From positions 768,001-832,000 of the forward strand of contig CAWELD010000010.1 of the NCBI GenBank assembly GCA_963809895.1: a stretch of DNA of 64,000 bases, read 5' to 3'. The notes below the pieces were generated by a model, which did no database searches, was not told the DNA's origin, and was given only the letters and a program-made list of their open reading frames with translations. This DNA comes from an uncultured Gemmatimonadales bacterium (GTDB lineage: Bacteria; Gemmatimonadota; Gemmatimonadetes; Longimicrobiales; Gaopeijiaceae). A program made the position numbers and the translations under genes. This document shows, one piece after another, positions 1 through 10,916 of this stretch; within the stretch, counting starts at the first letter, position 1, and each line of letters starts with the position of its first letter.

Positions 1-2
1 GT

Positions 3-737
3 CGCGAGGGGGAGCTGGCGCGCCTGAGGGCGGACTTCGTCTCCGGCGTCTCGCACGAGCTGCGCACCCCGCTGGCGCAGATCCGCATGTTCTCGGAGAC
101 GCTGGCCCTGGGGCGCATTCGCGACGAAGGCGAGCGGGACCGCTCGCTGGGGATCCTGGTCAACGAAACGCGCCGCCTCACCCACGTCGTCGACAACGTC
201 CTCCTGTTCTCACGCTCGGAGCGGAGCGGCATGCGCCTCCAGCGTGAGGACACGGACCTGTCGGCGCTGGTGCGAGAGGTCTCCGCCGGCTTCGAGCCAC
301 TGGCCGCCGCGGCCCGGCAGCGTCTGGAGGCCGAGGTCACGGAAGGCGTTGCCGGTCGGCTGGACGGCGGCGCGCTGCGCCAGGCGATCCTGAACCTCCT
401 GGACAACGCCGTGAAGTACGGGCCGCCGGGGCAGACGGTGGTGGTGGGGTTGGGGCGGGCACCGGGGGGTCGGGCGCTGCTGTGGGTGGAGGACGAGGGG
501 CCCGGGATCCGGCCGGATCGGCGCGAACGGGTGTGGGAGCCCTACTTCCGCATGGAGGCCCACCGGGAGTCGGCCACCGCGGGCTCGGGCATCGGGCTGG
601 CCGTCGTGCGTACGGTAGTGGAGGGCCACGGAGGCCGGGCCCGGGTGGAGGAAGGCCGGACGGGGGGCGCGCGCTTCGTGCTCGAGCTCGTGCTCGACCC
701 CGAGACGTCGGCGGAGGTGGAACGGGAGAGGGAGTGA
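3..737 (+). CDS. Sensor histidine kinase, C-terminal part (5'-truncated by window edge)
   Basis: Frame open from base 3; H-box SHELRTPL, N-box NLLDNAVKY, G1 DEGPGI, G2 GSGIGL; stop overlaps next ATG (TGATG). Confidence 0.95.
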   Translation, partial: REGELARLRADFVSGVSHELRTPLAQIRMFSETLALGRIRDEGERDRSLGILVNETRRLTHVVDNVLLFSRSERSGMRLQREDTDLSALVREVSAGFEPLAAAARQRLEAEVTEGVAGRLDGGALRQAILNLLDNAVKYGPPGQTVVVGLGRAPGGRALLWVEDEGPGIRPDRRERVWEPYFRMEAHRESATAGSGIGLAVVRTVVEGHGGRARVEEGRTGGARFVLELVLDPETSAEVERERE

Positions 738-1432
738 TGGCGAGGATTCTGGTGGTGGAGGACAACGCGGACCTGGCCTACGGGCTCCGCAACAACCTGG
801 AGATCGACGGCCACGACGTGATGGTGGCGGAGGACGGGCGCGAGGGATTGGATCGGGCCCGGACCTCGGCGCCGGATCTCGTCATCCTGGATCTGATGCT
901 CCCCGAGCTCGACGGGTACCGCGTGCTCCGGACCCTCCGGGGCGAGCACCGCGACGTGCCGGTTCTCATCCTCACCGCTCGGGGCGAGGAGGCCGACAAG
1001 GTCATGGGCTTCCGCCTGGGCGCCGACGACTACGTCACGAAGCCCTTCGGCCTGCTGGAGCTCCTGGCCCGGGTCGAGGCGCTGCTGCGCAGGGCCGGAT
1101 GGAGCGACGACGACCAGCGCCCGACCGAGCGTTTCGCCGACGTGGTGGTGGACCCGGCCGCCCGCACCGTCGTGCGCGACGGCACGGAGATCGCCCTGAC
1201 CCCCAAGGAGTTCGACCTGCTGGTGGCCCTCATGCGCCGGGGCGGCGCGGTGGCGTCGCGCGCGGCACTTCTGAAGGAGGTCTGGGGACACCGGGCTCCG
1301 GTGAGCTCGCGCACGGTGGACACGCACGTGGCCGAGCTACGGCGCAAGGTCGAGCCCGAGCCCTCGGCGCCCCGCTACATCCTCACCGTTCCAAAGGCGG
1401 GATACCGCTTCCGCGGCGACTGCGACACCTGA
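737..1432 (+). CDS. OmpR/PhoB-family response regulator
   Basis: ATG at 737 coupled to kinase stop; receiver ILVVEDN..ILDLMLPELDG..YVTKPF; winged helix LTPKEFDLL..RTVDTHVAELRRK. Confidence 0.95.
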   Translation: MARILVVEDNADLAYGLRNNLEIDGHDVMVAEDGREGLDRARTSAPDLVILDLMLPELDGYRVLRTLRGEHRDVPVLILTARGEEADKVMGFRLGADDYVTKPFGLLELLARVEALLRRAGWSDDDQRPTERFADVVVDPAARTVVRDGTEIALTPKEFDLLVALMRRGGAVASRAALLKEVWGHRAPVSSRTVDTHVAELRRKVEPEPSAPRYILTVPKAGYRFRGDCDT

Positions 1433-1444
1433 CCTGGATCACTT

Positions 1445-1472
1445 CCTCACCGAACCCTGACACGGCCCGCAC
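1445..1472 (+). promoter_or_regulatory. Candidate OmpR/PhoB-type tandem direct-repeat operator
   Basis: CCTCAC (1445), CCTGAC (1456), CCGCAC (1467) at exact 11-bp period upstream of the next gene. Confidence 0.4.
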
Positions 1473-1547
1473 GGCGGGCGGACCAGCGGTCGTCCGACCT
1501 TGGCGAGCTTTGGGCTGGAACCCATCGCTCCCGCTCCGGAGGACACC

Positions 1548-3800
1548 GTGCTCGCCCGGATCTCGCTCCCCCTCCTCGCCTGTGCCGCGCTTCTCGCCCC
1601 CCCGGAGCTGCACGCGCAGCGAGGAGGGGGGATGCCCATTGCCGCGCCTCGGGGCGCCCTGGCCAGCGACCCCTTCTCCGACGGCCTGCCGCGGTTGGAC
1701 CACGCGGTCCGGCTCGACGGGCGCGTCGACAGCGACGAGTGGGGTGACGTGCCCATCCTTCCCGTCGTGCAGCAGTGGCCCGCCTTCGGGACCGATCGCA
1801 CCGGACGTACGCGGATCCGGGTGGCCCACGACGGGCACAACCTGTGGATCGCGGGAGAGTTTCTGGACGCGCCGGGCGACGTGCGGGCGCAGAGCCTGCA
1901 GCGGGACCGCTGGAACGGAGACGATGCGCTGGACGTGCTGGTGGACGGCAGCAACGACGACGCCACCGGACTCTTCTTCTCGGTGACGCCGCTGGGGGTG
2001 CGGCTCGACACCGAGGTGCGGAACGACGCCGGCACCACCGCGGGCATCCAGGCCCTGAACCCGGAGTGGAACGCACACTGGGATGCTCGCAGCGTGCGCA
2101 CCGATCAGGGGTGGTCCACCGAGATGCGCATCCCGTTGGACGTGCTGGGCGTGCAGCCCCGCGACGGGCGGGTGACGGTGGGACTCCTCGTCTCGCGGTT
2201 GCTGGCCCGTACTCCGGAGCGAGACGTCTACCCGGCGGTACCGCCGGACTGGCCCCGGGCGCACCTCAAGCCCTCGAAGGCCAGAGACGTGGAGCTCGAC
2301 GGGGTGGAGGTAAGACGCCCCTTCTACGTGACGCCCTATGTGCTCACCGGCCTCGACCGCACGAGGGATCCGTCGGTTCAAGCGCCCGTGGCGCCGACCA
2401 CCGAGACGCCGTTCCAGGTCGGCGGCGACGTGCGGATCGGGTTGGGTCCCGGTGTGACGCTGGACCTGACCGCCAACATGGACTTCGCACAGGCCGAGTC
2501 CGACGAGCTGCAGGTGAATCTGGGCCAGTACAACCTGTTCTATCCCGAAAAACGCCAGTTCTTCCAGGAGCGCTCCGCGACCTTCGAGTCCTCCATGGGC
2601 TCCGAGATCCGCCTCTTCCACTCCCGGACCATCGGCCTCGCCGACGACGGCAGCCCGCGGCGTGTCCTGGGCGGCGCCCGCGTGGCCGGCGTCGCCGGAC
2701 CCTGGGACTTCGGCGCCCTGAGCCTGCAGGTGCAGGGAAGTCCCGAGGTGCTGGGCGAGAACGATGCGGTGGCGCGCGTGCGCCGCACCCTGCCCGACGG
2801 CCGCTCCAGCGTCGGGGGGCTGGTGACGGCGAGGCTCCTGGAGAGGGGCGATGCCGACGCCACGGTGGGCGTGGACGGGCTGGTGAGCCTCGGAGGCGAC
2901 GACTGGCTGACCGTCCAGGGCGCCTGGGTGAGCGAGCCTGCGGCAGCCGACACCGCCGTGGACGATCGCACCGCGATCCGCATCGCCTGGGAGCGCCGCC
3001 GCACGGCGGGACTGGGGTGGGCGGTGGAGGCGGTGCGCGCCGGAAACGGGTTTCGACCGGCCATGGGATTCCTGGCCCGGGAAGCCTTCACCAGCCTGGT
3101 TTCGCTGGTCTCGTACGATTGGCTCGGCGAGGGCCGGGTGAGCCGGGTGCGGGGCATGCTCCGGACCCAGGGCTACTGGCGGACCGGCGACGGTAGCCTG
3201 GAGGCCGCGCTCCAGCGCTTCCGCACCCAGGTGACCTTCCGGAACGGGCTGTTCTGGAACCTCGCCGTGAACCTCTTCGTGGAGGACCTCGCCCGTCCGC
3301 TGGAGCTGCCGGGAGCCACGGTGCCCGCCGGGCGGTACCGGGCAGTGGACGTGTACACCAACGTCTTCCTGAACGAGGCTCAGCGTTGGAGTGGAGAGGC
3401 GGTGCTCTTCGGCGGCCGGGTCTTCGACGGATGGCGCACCGAGCTCACCCTGAGCCCGAAGCTGAACCTGCCTCCGCACGTTTCGCTGGGCCCGCAGCTC
3501 TCGCTGAACCGTCTGTTCTTCCCGACTCGTCACCAGACCGTGGTGGCGGACGCGCTGGGGCTGCGGGCGACGCTGGCCCTCGACACCCGCTGGAGTCTCG
3601 ATGGCGTCGTCCAGTACAACCGTGCGGTGGAGCGTGTCGTGGGCAACGCCCGCCTGAGGGCGCACCTCGGGGAGGGGCGTGACGTCTACCTCGTCTACGA
3701 CGGAGTGCGGGACCTGGGCAGCCTGGCCGCGGACGACCTGGGGCTCGGCCGGAACGACGCTCGACTGCTCGTGAAGGCCACCTGGAGCATCGGTCGCTGA
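1548..3800 (+). CDS. CBM9-like sugar-binding domain plus DUF5916 outer-membrane protein
   Basis: GTG start with GGAGGA RBS; signal peptide ending LHA-Q; LDGRVDSDEW and WSTEMRIP (CBM9-like); DLTANMDFAQAESD..LFYPEKRQFFQE (DUF5916-like); barrel-type C-terminus. Confidence 0.8.
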   Translation: MLARISLPLLACAALLAPPELHAQRGGGMPIAAPRGALASDPFSDGLPRLDHAVRLDGRVDSDEWGDVPILPVVQQWPAFGTDRTGRTRIRVAHDGHNLWIAGEFLDAPGDVRAQSLQRDRWNGDDALDVLVDGSNDDATGLFFSVTPLGVRLDTEVRNDAGTTAGIQALNPEWNAHWDARSVRTDQGWSTEMRIPLDVLGVQPRDGRVTVGLLVSRLLARTPERDVYPAVPPDWPRAHLKPSKARDVELDGVEVRRPFYVTPYVLTGLDRTRDPSVQAPVAPTTETPFQVGGDVRIGLGPGVTLDLTANMDFAQAESDELQVNLGQYNLFYPEKRQFFQERSATFESSMGSEIRLFHSRTIGLADDGSPRRVLGGARVAGVAGPWDFGALSLQVQGSPEVLGENDAVARVRRTLPDGRSSVGGLVTARLLERGDADATVGVDGLVSLGGDDWLTVQGAWVSEPAAADTAVDDRTAIRIAWERRRTAGLGWAVEAVRAGNGFRPAMGFLAREAFTSLVSLVSYDWLGEGRVSRVRGMLRTQGYWRTGDGSLEAALQRFRTQVTFRNGLFWNLAVNLFVEDLARPLELPGATVPAGRYRAVDVYTNVFLNEAQRWSGEAVLFGGRVFDGWRTELTLSPKLNLPPHVSLGPQLSLNRLFFPTRHQTVVADALGLRATLALDTRWSLDGVVQYNRAVERVVGNARLRAHLGEGRDVYLVYDGVRDLGSLAADDLGLGRNDARLLVKATWSIGR

Positions 3801-3818
3801 ATCCCCGTACATTTAGGC

Positions 3819-4127
3819 ATGTCCAACCACGATGCGGAGCTCATGGGTGTGCGCGGCCGGGGATATGCCGTGGTGGAGTCCCTCGCCTCGCTGGGCAAGG
3901 GCCGCCGCCTGACGGGCCTCTTCCTGGTGGAGGACTCACGGGCCCACGACTTCGCGCGGGCCCGTGACAGCCGCGATCGGGTCGAGTTCCACGGCGTGGT
4001 GCATCATCGCCACCGCTCGGCCACGGCCCGTCTGCTGGTGGAGGTCACGGGCGTGCATCCGGAAGACGACCAGCGGGCCCGCATCGAATTCAGCTCCTGG
4101 GACGTTCCCTACGACGTGGCCGGCTGA
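3819..4127 (+). CDS. Hypothetical protein (102 aa)
   Basis: Fills the gap between neighbours with GC3-biased codons; no recognised motif. Confidence 0.6.
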   Translation: MSNHDAELMGVRGRGYAVVESLASLGKGRRLTGLFLVEDSRAHDFARARDSRDRVEFHGVVHHRHRSATARLLVEVTGVHPEDDQRARIEFSSWDVPYDVAG

Positions 4128-4148
4128 GCCCGGGCGCCACCTGCCCCG

Positions 4149-5162
4149 TCAGGTCGTGGGCGCGCAGCGGAACGTGTCGAGGATGGTCTCGAGCTGGATC
4201 ATGTACTGGTACTTCTCCTTGCCCGGTGCGTAGAGCCACGCGTCCAGGTAGTACATGCGATCCTGCTCCGGGCATTTGATCACCCGCAGGATGAAGGGGC
4301 CCGCCGCCGGCCACGGTGAGTCGGGCGGGTTCTGCCAGACCGCCTGGATCTGGTACCCCTCGTGTCCCTGGAACTCCATGGGACCCGCCTGCGCGTTGCT
4401 CAGGTCCACGACCTGGGGATAGGCGTAGTAGGCGTCGACGATGTCGTTGCGCCACGCCAGGATGTCTTCGGCCTCGAGGCTCTCCGGGCTCGGGCTCATC
4501 CAGGTGACGGCGACCTCCCGGATGAGCTCCGAGGGATCGGGATTGTCGTTGCGGAAGATGTAGACCGAGTCCTGCTGATCCCAGTAGTAGACGTTGGGCA
4601 GCAGCACCTCGAAGCCGGCATCACGCCCGAGCGTGTCGGCGAGGGCCGAGTCCACGCCCGACACGTACATGCGCGCCAGAGCGAGCTGCCGATACTGCCG
4701 ATCATAGAGCTTTCGCAGCTCGGGGAGCTGGGTGTAGACCGCCTGGGGCTCGTCGAGGTTCTCGGGGGTCAGCAGGATCGTCACCTGCTGATCCCGTGCC
4801 CAGACGTCGTGCACCTGCACGATGGTCGGAGCCTGGATGTCGTCCTCTTTGCTCCGGTCCAGTGCCTCCGCGATGTAGGGCGCCGAGGCCGGTCCGATCA
4901 GGAGCATCTGCCGGAACTGGCGCAGGCTTCCCCAGTTCTCGTCTGCCGGGTCCACGTAGGTCACCGTGAACGTCTTCTCGTTCCGGACCGTCCAGATGGT
5001 GGGCTCCAGGGCCGTGTAGACCGAGTCCTGAACGTCGTCCCAGAGCGTGGGCGCGGCCACCGTGAGGATGCTGGTCGCGTCGCCGTAGGCGCCCTGCTTG
5101 TCGCAGGCTCCCACCGCCAGCGTGAGGAGGAGGAGGGCGAAGGGTAGCAGCCGCGTGCGCAT
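4149..5162 (-). CDS. DUF4837-family lipoprotein
   Basis: Start MRTRLLPFALLLLTLAVGA-C (lipobox); DVWARDQQV, AAGPF and YAPGKEKYQYMIQLETILDTF motifs. Confidence 0.75.
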   Translation of the reverse strand: MRTRLLPFALLLLTLAVGACDKQGAYGDATSILTVAAPTLWDDVQDSVYTALEPTIWTVRNEKTFTVTYVDPADENWGSLRQFRQMLLIGPASAPYIAEALDRSKEDDIQAPTIVQVHDVWARDQQVTILLTPENLDEPQAVYTQLPELRKLYDRQYRQLALARMYVSGVDSALADTLGRDAGFEVLLPNVYYWDQQDSVYIFRNDNPDPSELIREVAVTWMSPSPESLEAEDILAWRNDIVDAYYAYPQVVDLSNAQAGPMEFQGHEGYQIQAVWQNPPDSPWPAAGPFILRVIKCPEQDRMYYLDAWLYAPGKEKYQYMIQLETILDTFRCAPTT

Positions 5163-5205
5163 GGGTCGGTCCTTTCGAGCGGTGAGCCGGTGCAGCCGTA
5201 GGGTC

Positions 5206-7266
5206 TTACGCCGGCTCCGGACCCAGGTTTCTCTCGAGAAGGGCCGCGGGGTCTGGGGCGCGGCCCATGAACTCCTGGAACAACGCCTCGGGATCTGCGC
5301 TGTCGCCTCGCGACAGGATCGCGTCCACCAGCGCCTGCCCCGTCTCTCGATCGAAGATGCCGGCTTCGAGGAAGCGTGTGAAGGCGTCGGCCTCCAGCAC
5401 CTCCGACCACAGGTAGCTGTAGTAGCCTGCCGCGTAGCCGCCACTGAAGAGGTGGCTGAACGACGTCAGGTTGTGGTAGTCCGCGAATTCGGGGGTCGGG
5501 CTGAAGGCCAGGAACCGCTCTCGGGCGAACGCCATGAGGTCGTCCGCGTCAGCCTTCCCGGCCCGGGGTGCGAAGTCCGTGTGCAGGGACAGGTCGACGG
5601 TCCCGAAGCTCAGTTGCCTCATCTGGGCCCAGCCGCCCTGGAAGCGGCGCGCGCGGCGCATGCGCTCGAAGATCTCGTCCGGGAGGAGCTCGCCGGTCTC
5701 GTGGTGGCGGGCGAAGAGGTCGAGGGCCTTGCGTTCCCAGGTCCAGTTCTCCATGAGCTGGCTGGGAACCTCCACCCAGTCCCACGCCACGTTGAGCCCG
5801 CTGCGTGCGCGGATGGGCACCCGGGACAGCGTGTGATGCAGCAGGTGGCCGAACTCGTGGAAGAGGGTCTGCACCTCTCGATGGGTGAGCAGGGCGGGGC
5901 CGTCGCCGTCCGGCGGTGTGAAGTTTCCGCAGATCACGCCCAGGTGCGGATCGAATCCCCCCTCCTCGGTGGGGCCGCCGACGAGGAGGTCGTTCATCCA
6001 CGCGCCCTGGCGCTTCTCCTTGCGCGGAAACCAGTCCGTGTAGAAGGACCCCAGCCAGGTGCCCTCCTGGTCGCGCACCTCGTAGTACTCCACGTCGGGG
6101 TGCCACACTTCGTCGATGTCCCGCCGCGTGACGGTCAGGCCGAAGACGCGGCCGACGAGCCGGAAGAGGCCGTCCTGGACCTGATCCAGCGGGAAGTACG
6201 GACGGAGCGCTTCATCGTCCAGGTCGTACTCGGAGCGGCGCAGGTCCTCGGAGACGAAGGCGATGTCCCACGGGTGCAGCTGGTCCAACCCCAGCTCGGC
6301 GGCGTGGGCGCGGAGCTCGGCGGTGTCGCGTCTCCAGTAGGGTCGCGTGCGCTCGGTCATCTCCGTCTCGAACCCGATGGCTCTGGCCCCGGTCCGCGCC
6401 ATGCGGTCTTCCAGGACGTAATCCGGGAACCCGCCGTACCCCAGGATCTCCGCGAGCTCTTCACGCAGGCTCAGGATCTCCAGGATGAGCGCCCGGTTGT
6501 CGTGGGCGCCGTCACGGCAGCGCGTCGTGTAGGCCGCATGGACCTCGCGCCGGAGCGCGCGGTCCCGGGCGTACTTGAGGACAGGCTCCACGGCGGGGTA
6601 GTCCAGGGTCAGGAGCCACCCCGAGTGGCCGGCCGCCTCGGCGGCGGCGCGGTAGCGGTTCCGCGCGCCGGCAGGCACGCCCTCGAGGCGGGACTCGTCC
6701 TTCACCAGCCGCTCCCAGCCGGCCGTGGCGTCCAGGACGTTCTCGCCGAAGCGCTGCTCGAGTTGGGAAAGCCGTACCCGGACCTCTTCCAGGCGCTTCT
6801 TGCGGTCCGGCGGAAGGTCTGCCCCCGCTCGCCGGAATTCCCGGAGCGTCTTGTCCAGGTGGCGGGCGTAGAGCCCGGTGAGACCCTCGGCCTCGGAGGT
6901 CTCCGCGTAGGCCTTGATGCGCGCCCACAGGCCCTCGTGCAGGCCCAGACGGGTCCAGAACTGGGAGATTTCCGGGAGCACCGCGTTGTAGGCCTGGCGG
7001 AGGGCCGGCGTCTCCGCCACGGCCAGGAGATGGCCCACCGGCTTGAGGCGCTCCTCCACCCAGCGGCTGAGCTCGTCCAGCGGCGTGATCACGGTGTCCC
7101 AGGTTGGCGCGTCCGTGCGGCCGGCGAGGGACTCCAGGCGGGTGCGACCCTCCTGGAGAACCTGGCGCGCGCCCTCTTCCACGTGCTCGCCACGGATGGC
7201 CTCGAAGGGAATACGGTAGGCTTCGGAGAGGATGGGATTCATCGGGTTTCTTGTATGGATGCTCAT
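5206..7266 (-). CDS. prlC: Oligopeptidase A (M3A family metallopeptidase)
   Basis: KRQGAWM, LFHEFGHLLH zinc motif, WDWVEVPSQLMENW, GGYAAGYYSYLWSEVL; alternative start at 7242. Confidence 0.92.
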   Translation of the reverse strand: MSIHTRNPMNPILSEAYRIPFEAIRGEHVEEGARQVLQEGRTRLESLAGRTDAPTWDTVITPLDELSRWVEERLKPVGHLLAVAETPALRQAYNAVLPEISQFWTRLGLHEGLWARIKAYAETSEAEGLTGLYARHLDKTLREFRRAGADLPPDRKKRLEEVRVRLSQLEQRFGENVLDATAGWERLVKDESRLEGVPAGARNRYRAAAEAAGHSGWLLTLDYPAVEPVLKYARDRALRREVHAAYTTRCRDGAHDNRALILEILSLREELAEILGYGGFPDYVLEDRMARTGARAIGFETEMTERTRPYWRRDTAELRAHAAELGLDQLHPWDIAFVSEDLRRSEYDLDDEALRPYFPLDQVQDGLFRLVGRVFGLTVTRRDIDEVWHPDVEYYEVRDQEGTWLGSFYTDWFPRKEKRQGAWMNDLLVGGPTEEGGFDPHLGVICGNFTPPDGDGPALLTHREVQTLFHEFGHLLHHTLSRVPIRARSGLNVAWDWVEVPSQLMENWTWERKALDLFARHHETGELLPDEIFERMRRARRFQGGWAQMRQLSFGTVDLSLHTDFAPRAGKADADDLMAFARERFLAFSPTPEFADYHNLTSFSHLFSGGYAAGYYSYLWSEVLEADAFTRFLEAGIFDRETGQALVDAILSRGDSADPEALFQEFMGRAPDPAALLERNLGPEPA

Positions 7267-8219
7267 GGGCCGGCGGACCCATCCGAGGGGGGTTCCGCAA
7301 GATGGCCGCCAAGCGCCGGTCGGGCCAGGACCGTGCCCGCTCGAAGGTCGCGTCCCGAGGTGGGCGCGGGCGTGAGGTCGAACTCCCGGCCGAGCAGGAG
7401 GACCACGGTGGATCCCAGATGGAACGCCATGAAATCGCTTCCTACCCGCACGGAAATCGCCGGCTGGTAGCGCCGTTCGGTCGGCGGCGGCGACCTGCGG
7501 TTCGTGATGGCCGCGTCGCCGGTGGCGCCGCCCCAGGCCGGATCGAACGCCGCGGAGATGCGACCGACGTTGTAGGCGCCCACGGCCACCAGCGCCACGG
7601 GCCCCGTCGGTGTCTCGAGGCGCGCCACCAGCCGCTCGTTGCGCACGAACAGGTCCGGGATGTGGCTCACCGCCGGGACATTGACCGGCAGGAGGCCCCC
7701 GGGCACGTAACGGGCGGAGACGACGCGGCCGGTCACCGGTGCGTGGATGCGGTGGTAGTGACGGGGGGAGAGGTAGAGGGTGACGAAGCTGCCGTCCCGG
7801 AACGTGGCGGCGTCGGAGGCGTCTCCCAGAAGCGCTCCGGCGGTGTACAGGCGTCCCTTGGCCTGCACCAGGGTGGTGCCGTCGATCGGTCCACGGGCTC
7901 CGACGATGCCGTCCACCGGTGAGGCCACGACGTGGTCGTCTGTCGGCCAGGTCCGTGCTCCGGGCGCCAGGCGGCGCACGAAGAAGGCGTTGACCGAGCG
8001 GTACTCCACCAGGGGCTTCTCCGCCTCCTCGACGTCGATCCCCGTGAGGCGGGCGAAGAGACCCAGCACGGGACGGCGGACGAGGCGGGGAAGGGGAATA
8101 TCGGCCAGCGCCCCGGCGCCCCGGCTCAACAGGCCCTGGGGGAGTCGGGCGAGGACGGCGAGGAGCAGGCGCCAGGTAGCGCCCGGCGTTGCCGGCTCGG
8201 GGTCGGCGGATGAAGCCAT
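7263..8219 (-). CDS. psd: Phosphatidylserine decarboxylase proenzyme
   Basis: NAFFVRRL, SPVDG, QAKG, YLSPRHYHRIHAP, RNER, FHLGSTV self-cleavage motif. Confidence 0.93.
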   Translation of the reverse strand: MASSADPEPATPGATWRLLLAVLARLPQGLLSRGAGALADIPLPRLVRRPVLGLFARLTGIDVEEAEKPLVEYRSVNAFFVRRLAPGARTWPTDDHVVASPVDGIVGARGPIDGTTLVQAKGRLYTAGALLGDASDAATFRDGSFVTLYLSPRHYHRIHAPVTGRVVSARYVPGGLLPVNVPAVSHIPDLFVRNERLVARLETPTGPVALVAVGAYNVGRISAAFDPAWGGATGDAAITNRRSPPPTERRYQPAISVRVGSDFMAFHLGSTVVLLLGREFDLTPAPTSGRDLRAGTVLARPALGGHLAEPPSDGSAGP

Positions 8220-8284
8220 GCCGGAGTCTACCGGCGGCTCACCCGGCCTTCAACACCCTCGTCGGCTCGGCGTGCGACCGGGGG

Positions 8285-10916
8285 CTACTCGGCCTTGAGC
8301 GCTTGTTGAGGATCGACCCGGGTCGCGCGCAGGGCAGGCAGCCATGTGGATGCCAGGGCAATGGCGGCGAGCAGGGCGGCCACGACGGCGTAGGTGGCCA
8401 CGTCGTTGGAGCGCCACGCCGAAGAGGAGCGCATCCAGGGTCCGGGTCGCGGCCAGGGCCACCACGATGCCTACCACGAGGCCCACCGCCAGCAGTCGCA
8501 TGCCCTGGCGGATGACCATCCAGCGGAGTCGGGCCACGGGCGCGCCCACGGCCACCCGGATGGCCAACTCACGGGTGCGGCGCGCCACGGTGAAGGCTAG
8601 CACGCCGTAGAGGCCCAGGGCGCTCAGGAGCAGCGCGAGTCCGCTGAAGACCCCCAGCAGGAGGGTTCCGAAGCGCCCCTGCGCCGTGGCGGCCGTCAGC
8701 CCCCGGTCCAGGGGGCCCGCGTTGAAGACCGCGAGGTCCGGATCTACCTGCGCCACCGCCTCACGCGCCGGTCGCTCCAGGGCTGCCGGATCGCCATTCG
8801 TGCGCGCCACGAAGGTCACGCCCGAGGTGGAGACCTGGTTCCAGGGCAGAAACACGTCGGGATCCGACGCTCCACCGACCAGATCCGTGGTGAGGTCCCG
8901 GTAGCGCACGTCGGCGGCGACCCCGACGATGCGCACGGGCTCGCCGTCGGGCCCGCCCCAGCGGAGGTTCTCACCCACCGGGTTCCGGCCGGCGTAGTGC
9001 CGCTCCGCCATGGCCCTGCTGATGATCGCCACCGGTGTCTCGTCGGCCGGCGACAGGGCCCTGCCAGACAGGATGTCGATGCCCATGGTCTCGAAATACC
9101 CGGGCATGACGTGATGTCGGTAGAAGCGGATGCGGTCCTCGGCGGTGGAGCCTTCGGTCCAGATGTACGAGGCGCTGTATCCGGTGATCAGGGGGGCGTC
9201 GTTGGCCAGCGACACCGAGGTCACGCCGGGCTGAGCGCGCAGGCGGTCGAGGATATCGCGGGCCGCCGCCTCGCGTGCGTCCGCGTCGTACCGTTCGCCG
9301 GGGAACTGCAGGCTGAAGGCGTAGATCCGGTCCGCGTCGAAGCCGGGCCGGACGTCGAGCTGGGCGAGAAAGCTCCGCGTCATCAGTCCGGCGCCCACCA
9401 GCAGGAGGAAGGCCAGCGCCACCTCACCCACCACGAGGCCCTGTTGCAGCGACCAGTTGGAGCGTGCGCCGGGTCGCGCCTCGCGAAGGCCCGAGCCCAC
9501 GTCCTGCCTGCCTGCCGACAGGGCGGGAGCCAACCCGCTCGCGAATCCCACCACGGCCAACAGGACGGCCGTGAACAGGAGGACGCGCGGATCCGGCCGG
9601 ATCTCCACGTAGGCGGGCAGCAGCGATGCGGGCATGGCGGCGGCCAGCGCCGAGGCGCCCCATGTCCCCAGGGCGAATCCAGCCGCCGTGCCCAGGCCTG
9701 CCAGCACCAGACTCTCGGTCACCAGCTGCCCCATGATCCGCTGTCGTCCGGCGCCCAGCGCCGTCCGCACCAACATCTCCGACTGCCGGCCCGAGGCCCT
9801 CACCAGGAGAAGGTTGGTGACGTTGGCCGCGGCGATGATCAGCAGGAGGCCCGTGGCGGACAGGATCACCAGCATGAGCGTGCGCGTGCTGCCCAGGTAC
9901 ACGTCGCGGAGCGGCGTGACCAGGCCGACGCGGTCCTCGTGGGTGTCGGGGAACTCGCTCTGCAGACCGGCGGCGACCTGATCCACGTCGGCCTGGGCTT
10001 CCTGAGCCGTGACACCGGGCCGCAGGCGAGCCACGACACCCAGATATCGGGTGCCGCGGTCGAGGTCCGAGCCCGAGGCCTCCAGGGGAACCCAGAGGTC
10101 CGCGCTCAACGACGCGCCCGGAAAGTCGCCGGGCATGACGCCCACCACCGTGAAGCTGCGGCCGTTCAGGGTCAGGCTCCGGCCCAGGATCGCCGGGTCG
10201 CGTCCGAAGCGCCGGGTCCAGAGGTCCTCACCCAGAATGGTCACGTTCTGGCCGGCGGGAAGCGTGTGTTCCGCGGGAGCGAAGGTGCGCCCCAGCAGCG
10301 GCTCCGCCTCCATGATGTCGAAATAGTCCGCTCCCACACCCTCGGCCGTGAGCCGCTCGGCCTGATCCACCCCCGTGAGCGTCACCGAGGGATTGGAGAA
10401 GGGGGAGGCCGCCGTGAAGCTGTGCGAGCGTTCCGCCCAGTCGTTGGCTTCCGGATACGAGGCTCCCCGGACTTGCGGTCCCTCGGGTGCGTCGTACGCG
10501 CCCTGCAGGAACACCAGCCGATCCGCATCCTTGAACGGAAGCGCCCGGATGAGCGAAGCGTTGACCACAGTGAAGATCGCCGTGGTCGCGCCGATCCCCA
10601 GTCCCAGGGTGAGCACGATGACCGCGGTAAGGCCCGGGTGCCGCAGCGCCCCACGGAGCGCGAATCGAAGGTCCTGCATCCATCCCTCCATCCTCCACCT
10701 CCTCCCCTGTGCCGAGCTCCGGCGACGGGCGTGCTCCACCTGCTCGGTGATGCGCTCCACGTCTCCGAAGGCTTCTTCGGCCGCCGTTCTCGCCTCGCCC
10801 GGGCTCATTCCCTGGGCTTCGAATTCCCTGGTCCGCTCCTCCAGGTAGTGCTCGATCTCGTCGTGTACGCCCCGCCGAGCCTGATCCTCGAGCGGATGGT
10901 CCGGCCTTCGCGTCAT
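8285..10916 (-). CDS. Duplicated MacB/FtsX-type orphan ABC permease (ADOP-like); 1-nt frameshift near 8411
   Basis: QDLRFALR, LGLGIGATTAIF, two periplasmic/FtsX halves; the normal tail SNDVATY..WLPALRATRVDPQQALKAE* reads in a shifted frame with stop at 8285. Confidence 0.88.
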
